Positions 25,711 to 39,188 of a stretch of 64,000 nt of DNA are shown in pieces (the first letter of the stretch is position 1; every line of letters starts with the position of its first letter). This stretch comes from Octopus vulgaris. Taxonomy: Eukaryota. The translations under genes were made by a program, and so were the position numbers. The notes under the pieces are model-generated. The model searched no databases. It was not told the origin of the DNA and saw only the letters and a program-made list of their open reading frames with translations. The stretch lies in NCBI GenBank assembly GCA_951406725.2, contig OX597838.1, positions 9,114,001-9,178,000 on the forward strand, in the 5' to 3' direction.

Positions 25711-25850
25711 ACGTAATTGGTGTCGTGACCAATGTTGGAGATATCACCACAGTGGTTGGACGGCAATCTAATAAGGAATTCTCAAAGCGCGACCTGCAAC
25801 TTGCTGACCAGTCGGGCATGTCTGTCCGATTTACCATTTGGGGAGGCGAT
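25711..25850 (+). CDS. RPA1: RPA1 exon 11 (DVIGVVT...KRDLQLADQSG..FTIWGGD)
   Basis: tttgcag|, |gtgagt; DBD-B motifs. Confidence 0.95.
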
Positions 25851-27004
25851 GTGAGTTCTAGTTTAAACCTTGTTTTTTTTTTCATCTTTTTCACTATCCC
25901 CCCCCCCCCCCCCCGGTCATCTCTTGAAGAATTGGTTGTTTCATCAGTGTATAGAACCTTGTGCTGTTTCTTCTGGTTATTATCCTCATTGTTTTAACTC
26001 CCACTTTTCAATGCTTGCATGGGGTCAGACGGAATTTGTTGAGCGGAAATTTCTAGGGCTTTCAGACCCTCACGTCCCCAATTAAAAGTAACATTTCCTT
26101 ATGCCCAGACATGTTTTCTCGCAAGACTGGAAACAAAGAACCCCTCTTGTATAACAGTGATGCTCATTTACAACCATCACATGATGTGTCAAGGCAAGGA
26201 CAGCCATGCTGGAGCACCACCTTGAAGGATTTCAATCAAATGAATCAACCCCAGTACTTCTCGAACTTTTAAGCCTGGTAATTATTCTATCAGTTTCTTT
26301 TGCTGGACTGTTAAGTTACAGGGGCATAAACACACCAACACCGGTTATCAAGTAGTGGTAGGGGACAAACAAAAAACACATACATACATATACATATATA
26401 TATATGTGTATATATATATATATATATACACACATGCATACATACATGCACACAACAGGCTTCCTTCAGTTTCCATCTACCACATCCACTCACAAGGCTT
26501 TGGTCAGCTATAGAAGACATTTGTGCAAGGTGTCGTGCAGTGGGACTGAACCCAGAACCATATGGTTGGGAAGCAAGCTTCTTCATCACAAAGCCACGCC
26601 TGCACCTGAATTGCTAATACACAATACCAGTGACCAGTGGTGGGTTGGTGGGATTGTTATAGGGACCCAGGTACCTTGTGGTATTCGTTCCAAGTGCTGT
26701 TTTTGGGTTTGGGACTCATTGCCTTAATCTGTGGCCTGGTTTCATACCACCCCAACCACCTGGTCTTTGGGGGTCCTTCAGCATTGGGCTCATGTTTGAG
26801 GATACCTTCTTCCCCTTACCCCCCTCCCCCCCAATCTTATGAAGCGGTGGGGGACAGGATTGAGATCCCTGCAAAGATAAGAACCACGAATACCGTCCTT
26901 TTCTTCTTGTTTTTGCTAAACTATTTTTCTACCTCTGTCATCATCATCATCGTCATCATCATCATTTATTTTGTTTTCTTTTTCTTTTTCTTTCTTTCTC
27001 CCAG

Positions 27005-27074
27005 GCTGAGAGCTTCCAAGATAACAAAAACCCTGTGGTTGCAGTCAAAGGAGCCAAGGTTTCAGACTGGGGAG
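27005..27074 (+). CDS. RPA1: RPA1 exon 12 (AESFQDNKNPVVAVKGAKVSDWG)
   Basis: ctcccag|, G|gtaaat; PVVAVKGAKVSD. Confidence 0.93.
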
Positions 27075-28560
27075 GTAAATTCCTTTTGAAATTGAATTTC
27101 AAAGATTTTGGATCTTTTATTTTCAGACCTGTGTTACAGTCGTTTGGATGACATTAGTCTGTATCTGGTGTCGAGGGGCATGATGCCTTCATCACCATTA
27201 CTACTCCCAGCTTTGTTCTGACCCACAACAGCCCCTCCCCCATCTATCCATGGGTTAAATCAATTTCCCAGGCTTTGGTCAGCCCAAGGTTATCACAGAA
27301 GACCCTCACCCTAGGCGCCATGCAGTGGGACTGAACCTGGGCCCATGTGGTTGGGAAGCAAGCTTCTTACCACACAGCCACGCCTCCACCTATACAAATA
27401 CATAGATGTAACCTTCTACTTCTTACAGTCGTTGGACTGTAGCCATGCTGGGGCACTGCCTTGACAGTTTCAGGCAGGCAAATCAACTCCAGCCTCTTTT
27501 ATTTTTTTTTAAGCCTGATAATTATTCTATTAACTGAAGTTACTGGAACATAAACAAACCAACACCAGTTGTCAAGCGATGTGTGTGTGATGGGCTTCTT
27601 TCAGTTTCTGTCTATTAGATTCACTCCCAAGACACAGATTGGCCCCAGGTCTATAGTAGATGACACAGTGCCACACACTGCATGAGACTGAACTCGGGAT
27701 CCTGTGGTTGGGAAGCAAACTTCTTACCACACACCCACACCTTATCCAGACGTGTGTGTGTGTGTGTGTGTGTATCTTATCACATGGTTCTGGTTTCAAT
27801 CTCACTGCATGGCACCTTGAGCAAGTGTCTTCTACTATAACCCCAGGCCAACCAAAACATAAGTGGATTTGGTAGATGGAAACTGAAAGAAGCCCATTGT
27901 GTGTGTGTTTGTCCCCCACCCCCTTGACACCTGGTGCTGGTGTGTTTATGTCATTGTAACTTAGAAGTTTGGCAAAAGAAACTGATAGAATAAGTCCTGG
28001 GCTCGCTTCATTCAACTAGAATTCTTCGAGGCACTGCTCCTGTCTTTAGTCTAATGTAAAACAAGAACACAGGTGTATATATATATGTGTGTGTATATAA
28101 AGAGTAAAGGCCTCCTTCAGTCACGAATGACCGTGGGATTGAACCTAGAAAGTTCCATTCCGAGGGAAAAATCAGGGCAAGGTTATTTATGGAAGGCCAC
28201 CAGTCGCTCATGCATACCAGCCTCCCTTCTTCATGTCACTGATGTAGTTCAAGGGAAAGAAAGGCAAAGGGGCCGATACAGCTTGGCACCAGGGACATTG
28301 CAACTCACTTCTATGGATGAGTAAACTGGAATAACATGAAATGAAGTGCCTTGCTCAAGAACACAAAACACAGCCTGATCTGGGGATTGAACTTGCTACC
28401 TCGTGATTGTGAGCCCGACATGCTAACCACTGAGTCACGTGTACAAAGGGCTTCCAGAGTTTGCATTTATCTAATTCCACCCAAATGTTTATAGTTGCCT
28501 TTTTTTAGGAATTGCTTTGCGTCACCAATGAATATAATTATTTTTGTTTCTCTTCTTCAG

Positions 28561-28707
28561 GTCGCACCTTGTCTTTATTATCAAGCGGACAAATGATTCT
28601 AAACCCCGACATAAGGGAAGCTCATTTCCTTCGTGGCTGGTATGATCGAGATGGTTGTAATATGGAATTTAACACTTTCCAGGGTGATTCAGCTAGTATT
28701 AGAGGAG
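28561..28707 (+). CDS. RPA1: RPA1 exon 13 (GRTLSLLSSGQMILNPDIREAHFLRGWY...)
   Basis: cttcag|, G|gtattg; NPDIxEAxxLRGWY. Confidence 0.93.
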
Positions 28708-30011
28708 GTATTGTACATCTCTCTCTCTCTCACTTTCTCTCCCTCTCTTCCTCCTCTCCTTTCTCTCCTCCTCTAAACCCCTTCTTTATCCAAACAACTT
28801 TGCTTTCAAGTCCACATAGTTTTCACAAAATGGAACCTGTTGAAATAGGCTGGAGATTGTCATCAAACGAAACATTTGGAGGGCTGGCATCGTATCCAGG
28901 GGAGATATGTCTCTCGTCTTTACTTCACATCTTAAAAAAATATGCTGTTGTCTCACTGTGACAAGACCAGCTGTGATACTCCAAACTGCATCTCATTTAA
29001 GTGGATTCTCTTCATAACCAATTAGGCTTAGAATCTTTTCTTTATCCTCATCCTCATCATCATCACCATCATCATTCAACACTCACCTTCCATGTGGCTT
29101 AGCTTGGACAGCTCCAGTTGTCTCCTTTGACATGGTTTCTATGGCTGAATGCTCTAGCATTTGTTCTGTAATTGCTATCTCCTCAACTCTAATTGGACTC
29201 AATACTGGCTCAACTCTGACCTGCAGCACATACATAACTATAACACAATCACACACACACACACACACACTACATAAGCTTTATTACTTTCTGTTGTTGC
29301 CAGCGCTGCCCCGACTGGCTTCCGTGCCGGTGGAATGTAAAAGGCACCCGCTCTACACTGTCGGAGTGGTTTGCGTTAGGAAGGGCATCCGGCCGTAGAA
29401 ACATTGCCAAATCAGACTGGGCCTGGTGCAGCCTCCTGGCTTCCCAGACCCCAGTTGAACCGTCCAACCCATGCCAGCATGGAAAGCGGACGTTAAACAA
29501 TGTTACAAAGTTTGCCAATACATCAAGACAAAACTGATATGGCTTGGTTCATGGCTGAAAAAAAAAACTCTAAAAAAATGAATTCATCAACCGAATTTCA
29601 TCATCATCATCATCATCATCATTTAGCGTCCGTTTTCCATGCTAGCATGGGTTGGACGGTTCTACTGGGGTCTGTGAAGCCAGAAGGCTTCATCAGGCCC
29701 AGTCAAATCTGGCAGTGTTTCTACGGCTGGATGCCCTTCCTAACGCCAACCACTCCGTGAGTGTAGTGGGTGCTTTTTACGTGCCACCCGCACTGGTGCC
29801 AGACAGAGCTGGCAAACAGCCACGAACGGATGGTGCTTTTTATGTGCCACCGGCACGAGGGCCAGGCGAGGCTGGCAACGGACACGAAACGGGGCGGTGC
29901 TGGCAACGGTCGCGAAACGGAAAGTTGTTTGAAATAATTGTTTTTTGATGATGAAGATGACACTGTTAACAAAGATGTATTTAATTCCTCTTTTATTTTC
30001 ATTTCATTTAG

Positions 30012-30130
30012 GCAATGAGTGGAAGACATTTGAACAAGTTAAATCTGAAAAGTTAGGAGCAACAAAACCTGATTACTTCACCTCAAAGGGAACTGTGATT
30101 TTCATAAAGAAAGGAAACTGCATGTATATG
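30012..30130 (+). CDS. RPA1: RPA1 exon 14 (NEWKTFEQVK...KPDYFTSKGTVIFIKKGNCMYM)
   Basis: tttag|, |gtaggt; start of DBD-C. Confidence 0.93.
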
Positions 30131-31233
30131 GTAGGTACAACTTGCTTTGCTCTCATTAAATACGCCAACTTCTGCAGTTATATTCTGCCAAAGATTGCCT
30201 ATTTCTTTACTACCCACAAGGAGCTAAACATAGAGAGGACAAACAAGGACAGGCAAACGGATTATATCGACCCCAGTGCGTAACTGGTACTTGTTTAATC
30301 GACCCCGAAAGGACGAAAGGCAAAGTCGACCTCGGTGGAATTTGAATTCAGAACGCAGCGGCGGACGAAATACCACAAAGCATTTCGCCCGGCGTGCTAA
30401 CGATTCTGCCAGCTCACCGCCTTCTGCCAAAGATTACCATCATCATCATCATCAAGTCTGTTTTTCCATGCTTTTATGGATAAGACTATACAGTTGGTGC
30501 CCCAGCATGGCCACAGCTCATAAGCTGAAACTAGAATCAATCAATCAATCAAGTTGATTTGAAAGAAGATAAAAGTGACATATAGTGCTTACTCTTTTAC
30601 TTGTTTCAGTCATTTGACTGCGGCCATGCTGGAGCACCGCCTTTAGTCGAGCAACTCGACCCCGAGACTTATTCTTTTCTAAGCCCAGTACTTATTCTAT
30701 CGGTCTCTTTTGCCGAACCGCTAAGTGACGGGGACGTAAACACACCAGCATCGGTTGTCAAGCAATGCTAGGGGGACAAACACAGACACACATATATATA
30801 TACATATATAAAACAGGCTTCTTTCAGTTTCCATCTACCAAATCCACTCACAAGGCATTGGTCGGCCCGGGGCTATAGTAGAAGACACTTGCCCAAGATG
30901 CCACGCAGTGGGACTGAACCCGGAACCATGTGGTTGGTAAGCAAGCTACTTACCACACAGCCACTCCTAGATGTAATTTATATGAGACAAATTCATGGCT
31001 TCTTACCTGATGCCTGTCTACTGTTACAATATTACATTTACGTGCACAAAATCATACATTTTCCGCTATAAAACAACTTCAAAATATCTTTCAGTAAGTG
31101 TATGATGAAACAGAATACATTTGTTCTTTCTTCAAAGTACCCTCATACAATTGGGGTGCACCTTATGCAAGTGTGCATCTGATACACTGGCAAACATGGT
31201 AATTGCATTCTGGCATTTAATTTCAGTTGCCTT

Positions 31234-31748
31234 CATCTTCATCATTTAACGTCCGGTTTCCATGCTGGCATATGTTAGAGGGTTTGACTGAGGACTGGCA
31301 AGCCAGGAGACTGCACCAGGTTCCAACCTGACCTGGCAAGGTTTCTACAGCTAGATGCCCTTCCTAATGCCAACCACCCCAAAAGTATAGTGGGTGCTTT
31401 TTATGTGCTACTGGCACAGAAGCCAGTCAGGCAGCACTGGCATTGGCCATGCTTGAATGGTGCTTTTTATGTGCCACCGGCATGGGAGCCAGTCAGGCAG
31501 CACTGGCATTGACCAAGCTCATGTGGTGCTTTTTATGTGCCACCGGCATGGGAGCCAGTTAAGCGGCACTGGCATTGACCATGCTTGAATGGTGCTTTTT
31601 ATGTGCCACCGGCATGGGAGCTAGTCAGGCAGCAGTGGCATTGACCAAGCTCATGTGGTGCTTTTTATGTGCCACTTGTACGGGAGCCAGTCCGGAGGCT
31701 CTGGTATTGACCATGCTCAAATGATGCTTTTTACGTGTCACTGGCATG
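31234..31748 (-). mobile_element. Family C retroposon with about 6 VNTR units
   Basis: Tandem tggtgctttttatgtgccaccggcatgggagccagtc units. Confidence 0.75.
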
Positions 31749-32364
31749 CATATTTTCCAGCATACAGGTTGACATATCGTGGAAATGTGAAGTGGAAACA
31801 TTTAAACGTTTTTGTCTTTCCGAATCCTGCTGCCTTTCACATTGACAATTTGGTCCTCCAAAGTCATTGTGGTGCGTCAGTCGACCTACCTCCTTGTAGC
31901 TGTGAATTTTGGTCTGAAAAATTTTAACTTGTATATCCCAAAATCATCATCATCGTCGTTTAACGTCCGCTTTCCATGCTAGCGTGGGTTGGATGGTTTG
32001 ACTGGGGTCTGGGAAGCCAGGAGGCTGCACCAGGCTCCAGCCTGATCTGGCAGTGTTTCTACGGCTGGATGCCCTTCCTTAACGCCAACCACTCCGTGAG
32101 TGTAGTGGATGCTTTTTACGTTCCACCGGCACAGGTGCCAGGCGAGGCTGGCAACAGTCAGGATCGGTTGGTGCTTTCTATGTGCCACCGGCATGGAGGC
32201 CAGTCGAGGCAGCGCTGGCAACGGCCACGTTCTGATGGTGCTTTTACGTGCCAACGGCACTATGGTACATATTTGAATTGTGCCAATAGTTTTCATTTTT
32301 GTTTGATGAAGTGACACAATGTAATTAACTCCCTCTAAAACCTCCCTGTTTCTTGTGTTGTTAG

Positions 32365-32478
32365 GCTTGTCCCAATGAAAATTGTAACAAGAAACTGGTA
32401 GACCAGGGAAATAACCAATACCGATGTGAGAAGTGTGATCAAGAGTTCCCTAACTTCAAATGGCGATTGCTTTTGTTG
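32365..32478 (+). CDS. RPA1: RPA1 exon 15, zinc ribbon ([17 protein letters not shown])
   Basis: gttag|, |gtaagt; C-x4-C..C-x2-C. Confidence 0.95.
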
Positions 32479-32564
32479 GTAAGTTAAATATATTTTAGTT
32501 AACCCTTTTGTTACCATCCCACCTAAAATTGAACCTGGATTTGCGATACAAATTCCTGTTTTAA

Positions 32565-32784
32565 CCCTTTAGCATTCAAGCCGGCCATTTCCGGCCGAAA
32601 TATTTAACCTGTTTTTAGTTGAAACTGACCGGATCCATCCTCTCACACCAACCCTACAATGACATTCTAAAACTAAACCATCTCATTACTGAAATCTCTA
32701 AACTACAACATAATTAATTCTAAATAACGAAAGTAAACAAATATTACTTTTGACATAGTAACAATCATCTGAATATTTAAATGG
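32565..32784. mobile_element. piggyBac-like MITE, second family (nested)
   Basis: TTAA|ccctttagcattc ... gaatatttaaatgg|TTAA; related to 46178-46598. Confidence 0.65.
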
Positions 32785-32809
32785 TTAAAGTGATCGAAAT
32801 TAAAACTTC

Positions 32810-33216
32810 GGATCTTTTCTGTTTGAACGGCAGTTTTTAACATAATTTCTAGGTAACTAAAAAATTTTAAATTTCGTATACTGGCAGAATGTGTTTATAA
32901 AACATCTTTTTCTCTTGGCTTTATTGAGAAAATTCTATAGTTTGTAAGATATTTGCTGTTTTTTTTCTTCAATTTCTGCAATTTCAACCAATCAATGATG
33001 TGTGTTGAGGTAAAAAAAACATTCTGTGCAGTATGAAAATGTCCCTCGTTTAAGAAACAGATTGGGTTTATTTACATTTGTGAAGAAAAAAAGATACCCT
33101 TCCCCCTAACCCTAAAACAGATTGAAATGCAATAGATCGATACTAGGGTCATAATTATGAGTGACAATTTCATATGGCACCGCTAGAAAAAACTGCCGTT
33201 CAAACCGAAAAGATCC
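32810..33216. mobile_element. MITE with GG-initiated ~29-bp TIRs and 8-bp TSD (Merlin- or MULE-like)
   Basis: ggatcttttc.gtttgaacggcagttttt TIR; TSD aaaacttc at 32802-32809 and 33217-33224. Confidence 0.85.
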
Positions 33217-33444
33217 AAAACTTCCTATCAATATTTTGCGTTAATTTATGTTTCAAAGACCAGTTTTAGAATGACCGTTATTTTTCTAAATTCTTCATTG
33301 TTCTCAGAACAAGTCGATATATTTCACTAGAAATATGGTAACAAAAGGATTAATGAAATCTAATTGATGATACTTCTTTTAAAATTTCACTCAAGCCTTT
33401 ACTAACGAAAATATATATATATCCATTTCCATTTTCTCTCTCAG

Positions 33445-33552
33445 ACCAACATTGCTGATTATACAGGCAGCCAATGGGTTACATGCTTCCAAGATTCTGC
33501 AGAATCCCTTCTTGGAGTCTCAGCTGATGAGCTGGGCAGCTTAAAGGAAATG
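33445..33552 (+). CDS. RPA1: RPA1 exon 16 (TNIADYTGSQWVTCFQDSAESLLG...)
   Basis: ctctcag|, |gtgagg; NIAD..QWVTCFQ. Confidence 0.95.
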
Positions 33553-34146
33553 GTGAGGCATATTCTTTTTCTTTCCTTTTACTTGTTTCAGACTGCGGCC
33601 ATGCTGGAGCACCGCCTTTAATCGAGCAACTCGACCCTGGGACTTATCCTTTTGTAAGCCCGGTACTTATTCTATCGGTCTCTTTTGTTGAACCGCTAAG
33701 TAACGGGGACATAAACACACCAGCATTGGTTGTCAAGCAATGCTAGGGGGACAAACACACACACACACACGCATACATATTTATACATATATACGACGGG
33801 CTTCTTTCAGTTTCCGTCTACCAAATCCACTCACAAGGCTTTGGTCGGCCCGAGGCTATAGTAGAAGAGACTTGCCCAAGGTGCCACGCAGTGGGACTGA
33901 ACCCGGAACCATGTGGTTGGTAAACAAGCTACTTACCACACAGTCACTCCTGCGCCTATATATTGCTTTCTCTATTCACTTCATCATCATAGTCATCCTC
34001 TTATGTCCATATTCCAACTTGGCGTGGCTTCCTTTTCTCCATTTTCATTTAAATCCTTAAAAATGTTTTAGCCCGAAGGCCGCGGCCATGCTGGGGCACC
34101 ACCGCTGGTTATTTGGTCATTTTTTTTTTTTTCTTTCTCTCTCTAG

Positions 34147-34233
34147 GATGAATTTGCATTTGATCAAGTATTCCAAGAAGCCAGTTTCAAATCCTATATT
34201 TTCAATTTGAGAGCAAAATTCGAAACCTACAAT
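34147..34233 (+). CDS. RPA1: RPA1 exon 17 (DEFAFDQVFQEASFKSYIFNLRAKFETYN)
   Basis: ctctag|, |gtaagt. Confidence 0.95.
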
Positions 34234-36824
34234 GTAAGTAGAATATTTATTATTTCACAGATTTATTCTATAAATGCAGAACCTACGCTTCCAATTGCTT
34301 CTGTATTTTGTGTTGAATCCATTTCTTAAGACATTTTCTGTTGAATTTTCAGCCAATCTTTTATCTTTTTACTTGTTTCAGTCATTAGACTGTGGCCATG
34401 CTAGGACACCACCGTGAATATTTAGTCGAATGAATTGACCTCAGTATTTATTTTTTAAGCCTATCGGTCTCTTTTGCTGAACCGCTAAGTTATGGAGATG
34501 TAAACACACCAACACCGGTTGTCAAGTAGTAGTGGGGAGACAGACACAACACACACAGATATATATATTTACACACTCGATGAACATCTTACAGTTTCTA
34601 TCTACCTAATCCACTGACAAAGCTTTGGTCAGCCTGAGGCCACAGTAGAAAACATTTGCCCACGGTGCCATGCTGTGAGACTGAACCTGGAACCATATGG
34701 AAGTAGACCTGCAGAGGGGCACAAACTTTTGACCCTCGGATTACCTCTAAGGTCAACTTTTAAAGGTCTGATGTTCTACTGACTGACCTATGCAGGCAGG
34801 TTGAACATACCCACATGGGGTTCCTCTGAAGGATCTCCGAAGTAATGTTACTTGACAAAGGGCATGACTTGGAGATCAGGGTGTCTTTCCAGGTTGAGGG
34901 GATATATCTCTGCATTGACAGGTCACAGCTCTGGTAATGTGAACTTGTGATTAGGATGTTGCAAGACAGATTCTTGAAGCTGAGTCAACCAGCAGGAAAT
35001 CTTAGTGTAGACCAAGAATGAAATGGTTGGATAATATCCAAAGCCTCAGTTGGTCATATAGTGGGACAGGAACCAAAACTGTGGAGTTAGGAAGCAAACT
35101 TAAATTTGTAGCCATATCTCTACCTCAAGCCATCCTATTATTTATGTTTAAGGTGGTGAGCTGGCCAAATTGTTAGCACACTGGATGAAATGCTTAACAG
35201 TATTTCGCCCATCGCTATGTTCTGAGTTCAAATTCTGCCGAGGTCGACTTTGCCTTTCATCCTTTCGGGGTCGATAAATTAAGTACCAGTTACATACTGG
35301 GGTCGACGTAATCGACTAGTCCCCCTCCCTCAAATTTCAGGCCTTGTGCCTATATTAGAAAGGATTATTTATGTGTAAGGTTACAGATCCTTAAAAATCT
35401 GGAAATTAAAGGTCAAATGAAAAACGATGACTTGCATATGATTCAACGGCACATGGCCTAGTGGTTAGAGCAGCGGACTCACGGTCAAGGGATCGTGGGT
35501 TCGAATCTCAGACCGGGCAGTGTGTGAGTTTATGAGCAAAACCCCTTCAGCTCCATGCAGCCTTCTCTCACTCTTTCATCCTGCAGCTCACCTGCGACAG
35601 ACCGGCGTCCTGTCAAGTGGGGAACCTGTACACCAATGAAACTGGGAAACCAGCTCTTATGAGCCAGCCGTGGCTCGAGAAGAAACTAACAACAGGTTCA
35701 AACATAGATAAGCTAGTTGCCTGTTGTGTGTGTCACAGGCGATTATCTCCCTTTTATGACGTTCATCTGAAACAACAATGTTTTACATTGGCATCTTCCA
35801 TTCATTCTTGCAGATCCAAACACAAAATAAGCAAGTTGTTATCGACCCCTAATTTTCTCTAAGCTCTGCTGCTAGATTAATCCTCTCTCATTTTGTTGAT
35901 GTGGGAAGGGTCTGAAGAGTTGACATCCCATTGGACCCTTTAGCTTTCAGATTATTCTGTGCAATTGAATGCCTTTATATTTCCATTGTTTTAAATTGCT
36001 TGTGCATTGTCTCATAGCTTTTGAACATAAAATAGGAAGGAAATTTTTATATATATATACACATACATACATGTATATATATATCATCATCATCATCGTT
36101 TAGCGTCCGTTTTCCATGCTAGCATGGGTTGGACGGTTCGACTGGGGATCTGGGAAGCCAGAAGGCTGCACCAGGCTCCAGTCTGATCTGGCAATGTTTC
36201 TACAGCTGGATGCCCTTCCTAACGCCAACCACTCCGTGAGTGTAGTGGGTGCTTTTTACGTGCCACCTGCACAGGTGCCAGGCGAGGCTGGCAACGGCCA
36301 CGGTCAGATTGGTGTATTTTATGTGCCACCGGCACGGAAGCCAGTCGAGGCGGCGCTGGCATCGGCCACGAGTTGGATAGTGCTTTTTACGTACCACCAG
36401 ACCAGGGATCCTGGCTGGTTCAATTCGATTTCGATTTCGCTTGCCCCAACATGTCTTCGCAAGCAAAGGGGGTTGGCATGGGTGCCTGTCGTATGGTCGG
36501 ATTGGTGTATTTTACGTGCCACCGGCACGGAAGCCAGTGGAGGCGGCGCTGGCATCGGCCACGAGTCGGATATATATATATATATTATACACAAAGGCTT
36601 CTTCCCAGTTTCCCATCTACCAGATACACTTACAAAGCATTGTTTGACCTGGGGTACAATAAAAAAACACTTGCCCAACGTTCTGTGTTGTGGGCCTGAA
36701 CCTGGAACCACATGGTTGCCAAGCTTAACCACATTCCTCCTCAGCCTGCAACTCCATCCTATTTACCTTGTCTCCCTTAATTAGTGAAATCATTTCTTTA
36801 TTGCTTTTGTCTTTTGTCTTTTAG

Positions 36825-36932
36825 GATGAAACCCGTTTGAAGACGATATGCGTCAGCGCCACCCCGGTTGACTGGAAGACATATGGGCAACGCCTGATCA
36901 AAGAAATTAATAATACTGAAACAAGGGCTTAA
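36825..36932 (+). CDS. RPA1: RPA1 exon 18, terminal (DETRLKTICVSATPVDWKTYGQRLIKEINNTETRA*)
   Basis: cttttag|; TAA at 36930-36932; C-terminal trimerisation helix. Confidence 0.93.
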   Translation, partial: DETRLKTICVSATPVDWKTYGQRLIKEINNTETRA

Positions 36933-37014
36933 ATACTCGCAGCATTGCATGATATTGAGTTTGTATAAAGATTATCTGGACATTTTGTTTTTCTTTTTTA
37001 TAAGTAGGGTCTTA

Positions 37015-37020
37015 AATAAA
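37015..37020 (+). terminator. Candidate RPA1 polyadenylation signal AATAAA
   Basis: About 83 nt after the stop, followed by U-rich sequence. Confidence 0.5.
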
Positions 37021-37096
37021 AGAAAAATTTTTTTTATAATGTTTAGTCTTTTTGGTACTTTAACCCCTTTAGTGTTCAGATTATTCTGTCAAAGTG

Positions 37097-37415
37097 AGGG
37101 CGCATGGCTTAGTGGTTCGGGCATTCGGCTCATGATCGTAAGGTTGTGAGTTCGATTCCCGGCGACGCGTTGTGTCCTTGAGCAAGACACTTTATTTCAC
37201 GTTGCTCCAGTCCACTCAGCTGGCAAAAATGAGTTGTACTTGTATTTCAAAGGGTCAGCCTTGTCACTCTCTGTGTCACGCTGATTATCCCCGAGAACTA
37301 CGTTAAGGGTACACGTGTCTGTGGAATGCTCAGCCATTTGCACGTTAATTTCACGAGCAAGCTGTTCCGTTGATCGTATCAGCTGGGACCCTTGTCGTCG
37401 TAACCGGCGGAGTCT
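37097..37415 (+). mobile_element. tRNA-derived SINE with CORE-like box; tail shared with 14470-14660
   Basis: gggcgcatggcttagtgg..gttcgattcc head; gtccttgagcaagacac box. Confidence 0.7.
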
Positions 37416-37462
37416 TGCTATTCTGTCAAATGTGATGTTTGTTTATTTAAAATGGTTTGAAT

Positions 37463-38830
37463 TCATCATCATCATCGTTTAACGTCCGTTCTCCATGCTA
37501 GCATGGGTTGGACGGTTCGACCGGGGATCTGGGAAGCCAGAAGGCTGCACCAGGCTCCAGTCTTATTTGGCAATGTTTCTACAGCTGGATGCCCTTCCTA
37601 ACGCCAGCCACTCCGTGAGTGTAGTGGGTGCTTTTTACGTGCCACCTGCACAGGTGCCAGGCAAGGCTGGCAACGGCCACGGTCGGATTTGTGTATATTA
37701 TGTGCCACCGGCACGGAAGCCAGTCAAGGCGGCGCTGGCATCGCCCACGAGTCGGATAGTGCTTTTAAAGTACCACCAGACCAGGGATCCTGGCTGGTTC
37801 ATGCATTATCTTGTAGTTTAGGGATTTCAGTGATATGATTTTGTTTAGTTTTAGAATGACATTGTAGGGCTGAGGTGAGAGGCGAGATCTGGTCAGTTTC
37901 AATATAAAACAGGTTAAATATTTTGGCCGGATATGGCCGGTTTGAATGCTAAAGGCTTAAATGTGATATTTATTCCATCAGTCTCTTTTGTAGAACTGCT
38001 AAGTTCCGATTGTCAAGTGATGGGGGACAGACACACACACACATGTCTGACTTTCCTCGACCAATCACAGCCCATCTGCTGGTAGTTTAAGAAGCAAGCA
38101 TCTTACAACATAGGCAAGGCTTGGCTATGAAATATCATCATCATCGTTTAGCGTCCGTTTTCCATGCTAGCATGGGTTGGACGGTTCGACCGGGGATCTG
38201 GGAAGCCAGAAGGCTGCACCAGGCTCCAGTCTTATCTGGCAATGTTTCTACAGCTGGATGCCCTTCCTAACGCCAACCACTCCATGAGTGTAGTGGGTGC
38301 TTTTTACGTGCCACCTGCACAGGTGCCAGGCGAGGCTGGCAACGGCCACGGTCGGATTGGTGTATTTTATGTGCCACCGGCACGGAAGCCAGTCGAGGCG
38401 GCGCTGGCATCGGCTACGAGTCGGATAGTGCTTTTTACGTACCACCAGACCAGGGATCCTGGCTGGTTCATGCATTATCTTGTAGTTTAGAGATTTCAGT
38501 GATATGATTTTTTTAGTTTTAGAATGACATGGTAGGGCTGAGGTGAGAGGCAAGCTCTGGTCAGTTTCAATATAAAACAGGTTAAATATTTTGGCCAGAT
38601 ATGGCCGGTTTGAATGCTAAAAGGTTAAATGTGATATTTATTCCATCAGTCACTTTTGTAGAACTGCTAAGTTACAGGGACATAAACACACCAACACCGA
38701 TTGTCAAGTGATTTGGGACAAACATACACACACTCACGTGTCTGACTTTCCTCGGCCAATCACAGCCCGTCTGCTGGTAGTTTAAGAAGCAAGCATCTTA
38801 CAACATAGGCAAGGCGTGGCTATGAAATAT
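37463..38830. repeat. Tandem duplication of a ~670-695 bp composite unit
   Basis: 37463-38135 repeated at 38136-38830, including the same junctions between different repeat fragments. Confidence 0.9.
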
Positions 38831-39188
38831 GGCAAATACAATCCTGTCCCACTGTATAGCACTTTGGGCAAATGTTCTCTAGTATAGCCCTGGGCCAAAC
38901 GAGGTCTTGTGAGTAGATTTGGTAGATGGAAACTGACAGAAGCCCATTGTGTGTGTGTACCTGCTAGTCTTGACATCTGGTGGTTGTAAATGAGCATCAT
39001 TGTTATACAAGCGGTATCGTTTATTAGTAGTCTTCATGAAAACCTGTCTAGTCAGGTGGAAATATCTCAACAGGTGAGGGCTGGCAACAAGAAAGGGCAT
39101 CTGGCTGTAGTGAAAGATCTGCCCTGACCCATGCAAGCATAGAATCATGAACATTAAAACACTGATGGTGGTTTCTATTTGTGTAACG

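Larger units (their letters stand above)
32503..33349. mobile_element. piggyBac-like MITE hosting two nested elements
   Basis: TTAA|cccttttgttacc ... ggtaacaaaagga|TTAA. Confidence 0.7.
10550..36932 (+). other. RPA1: Replication protein A 70 kDa subunit gene span (18 coding exons, 1812 nt, 603 aa)
   Basis: Exons join in one open frame: RPA70N, Pro-rich linker, DBD-A, DBD-B, DBD-C with a C4 zinc ribbon. All introns are GT-AG with compatible phases. Confidence 0.95.

Noticed and set aside
33103-33115. Telomere-like ccctaaccctaa
   Set aside because: Only two units, internal to a MITE; not an interstitial telomere array
36116-36784. 222-aa ORF and the many similar MLAWVGRFD.../MDGSTGVWEARR... 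ORFs
   Set aside because: Translations of the family C repeat. The frame differs between copies, there is no recognisable domain and there is no splice context.
37097-37170. tRNA-like sequences (also 546-615, 14282-14356, 35452-35516)
   Set aside because: They are heads of multi-copy SINEs, with imperfect cloverleafs and continuous SINE bodies
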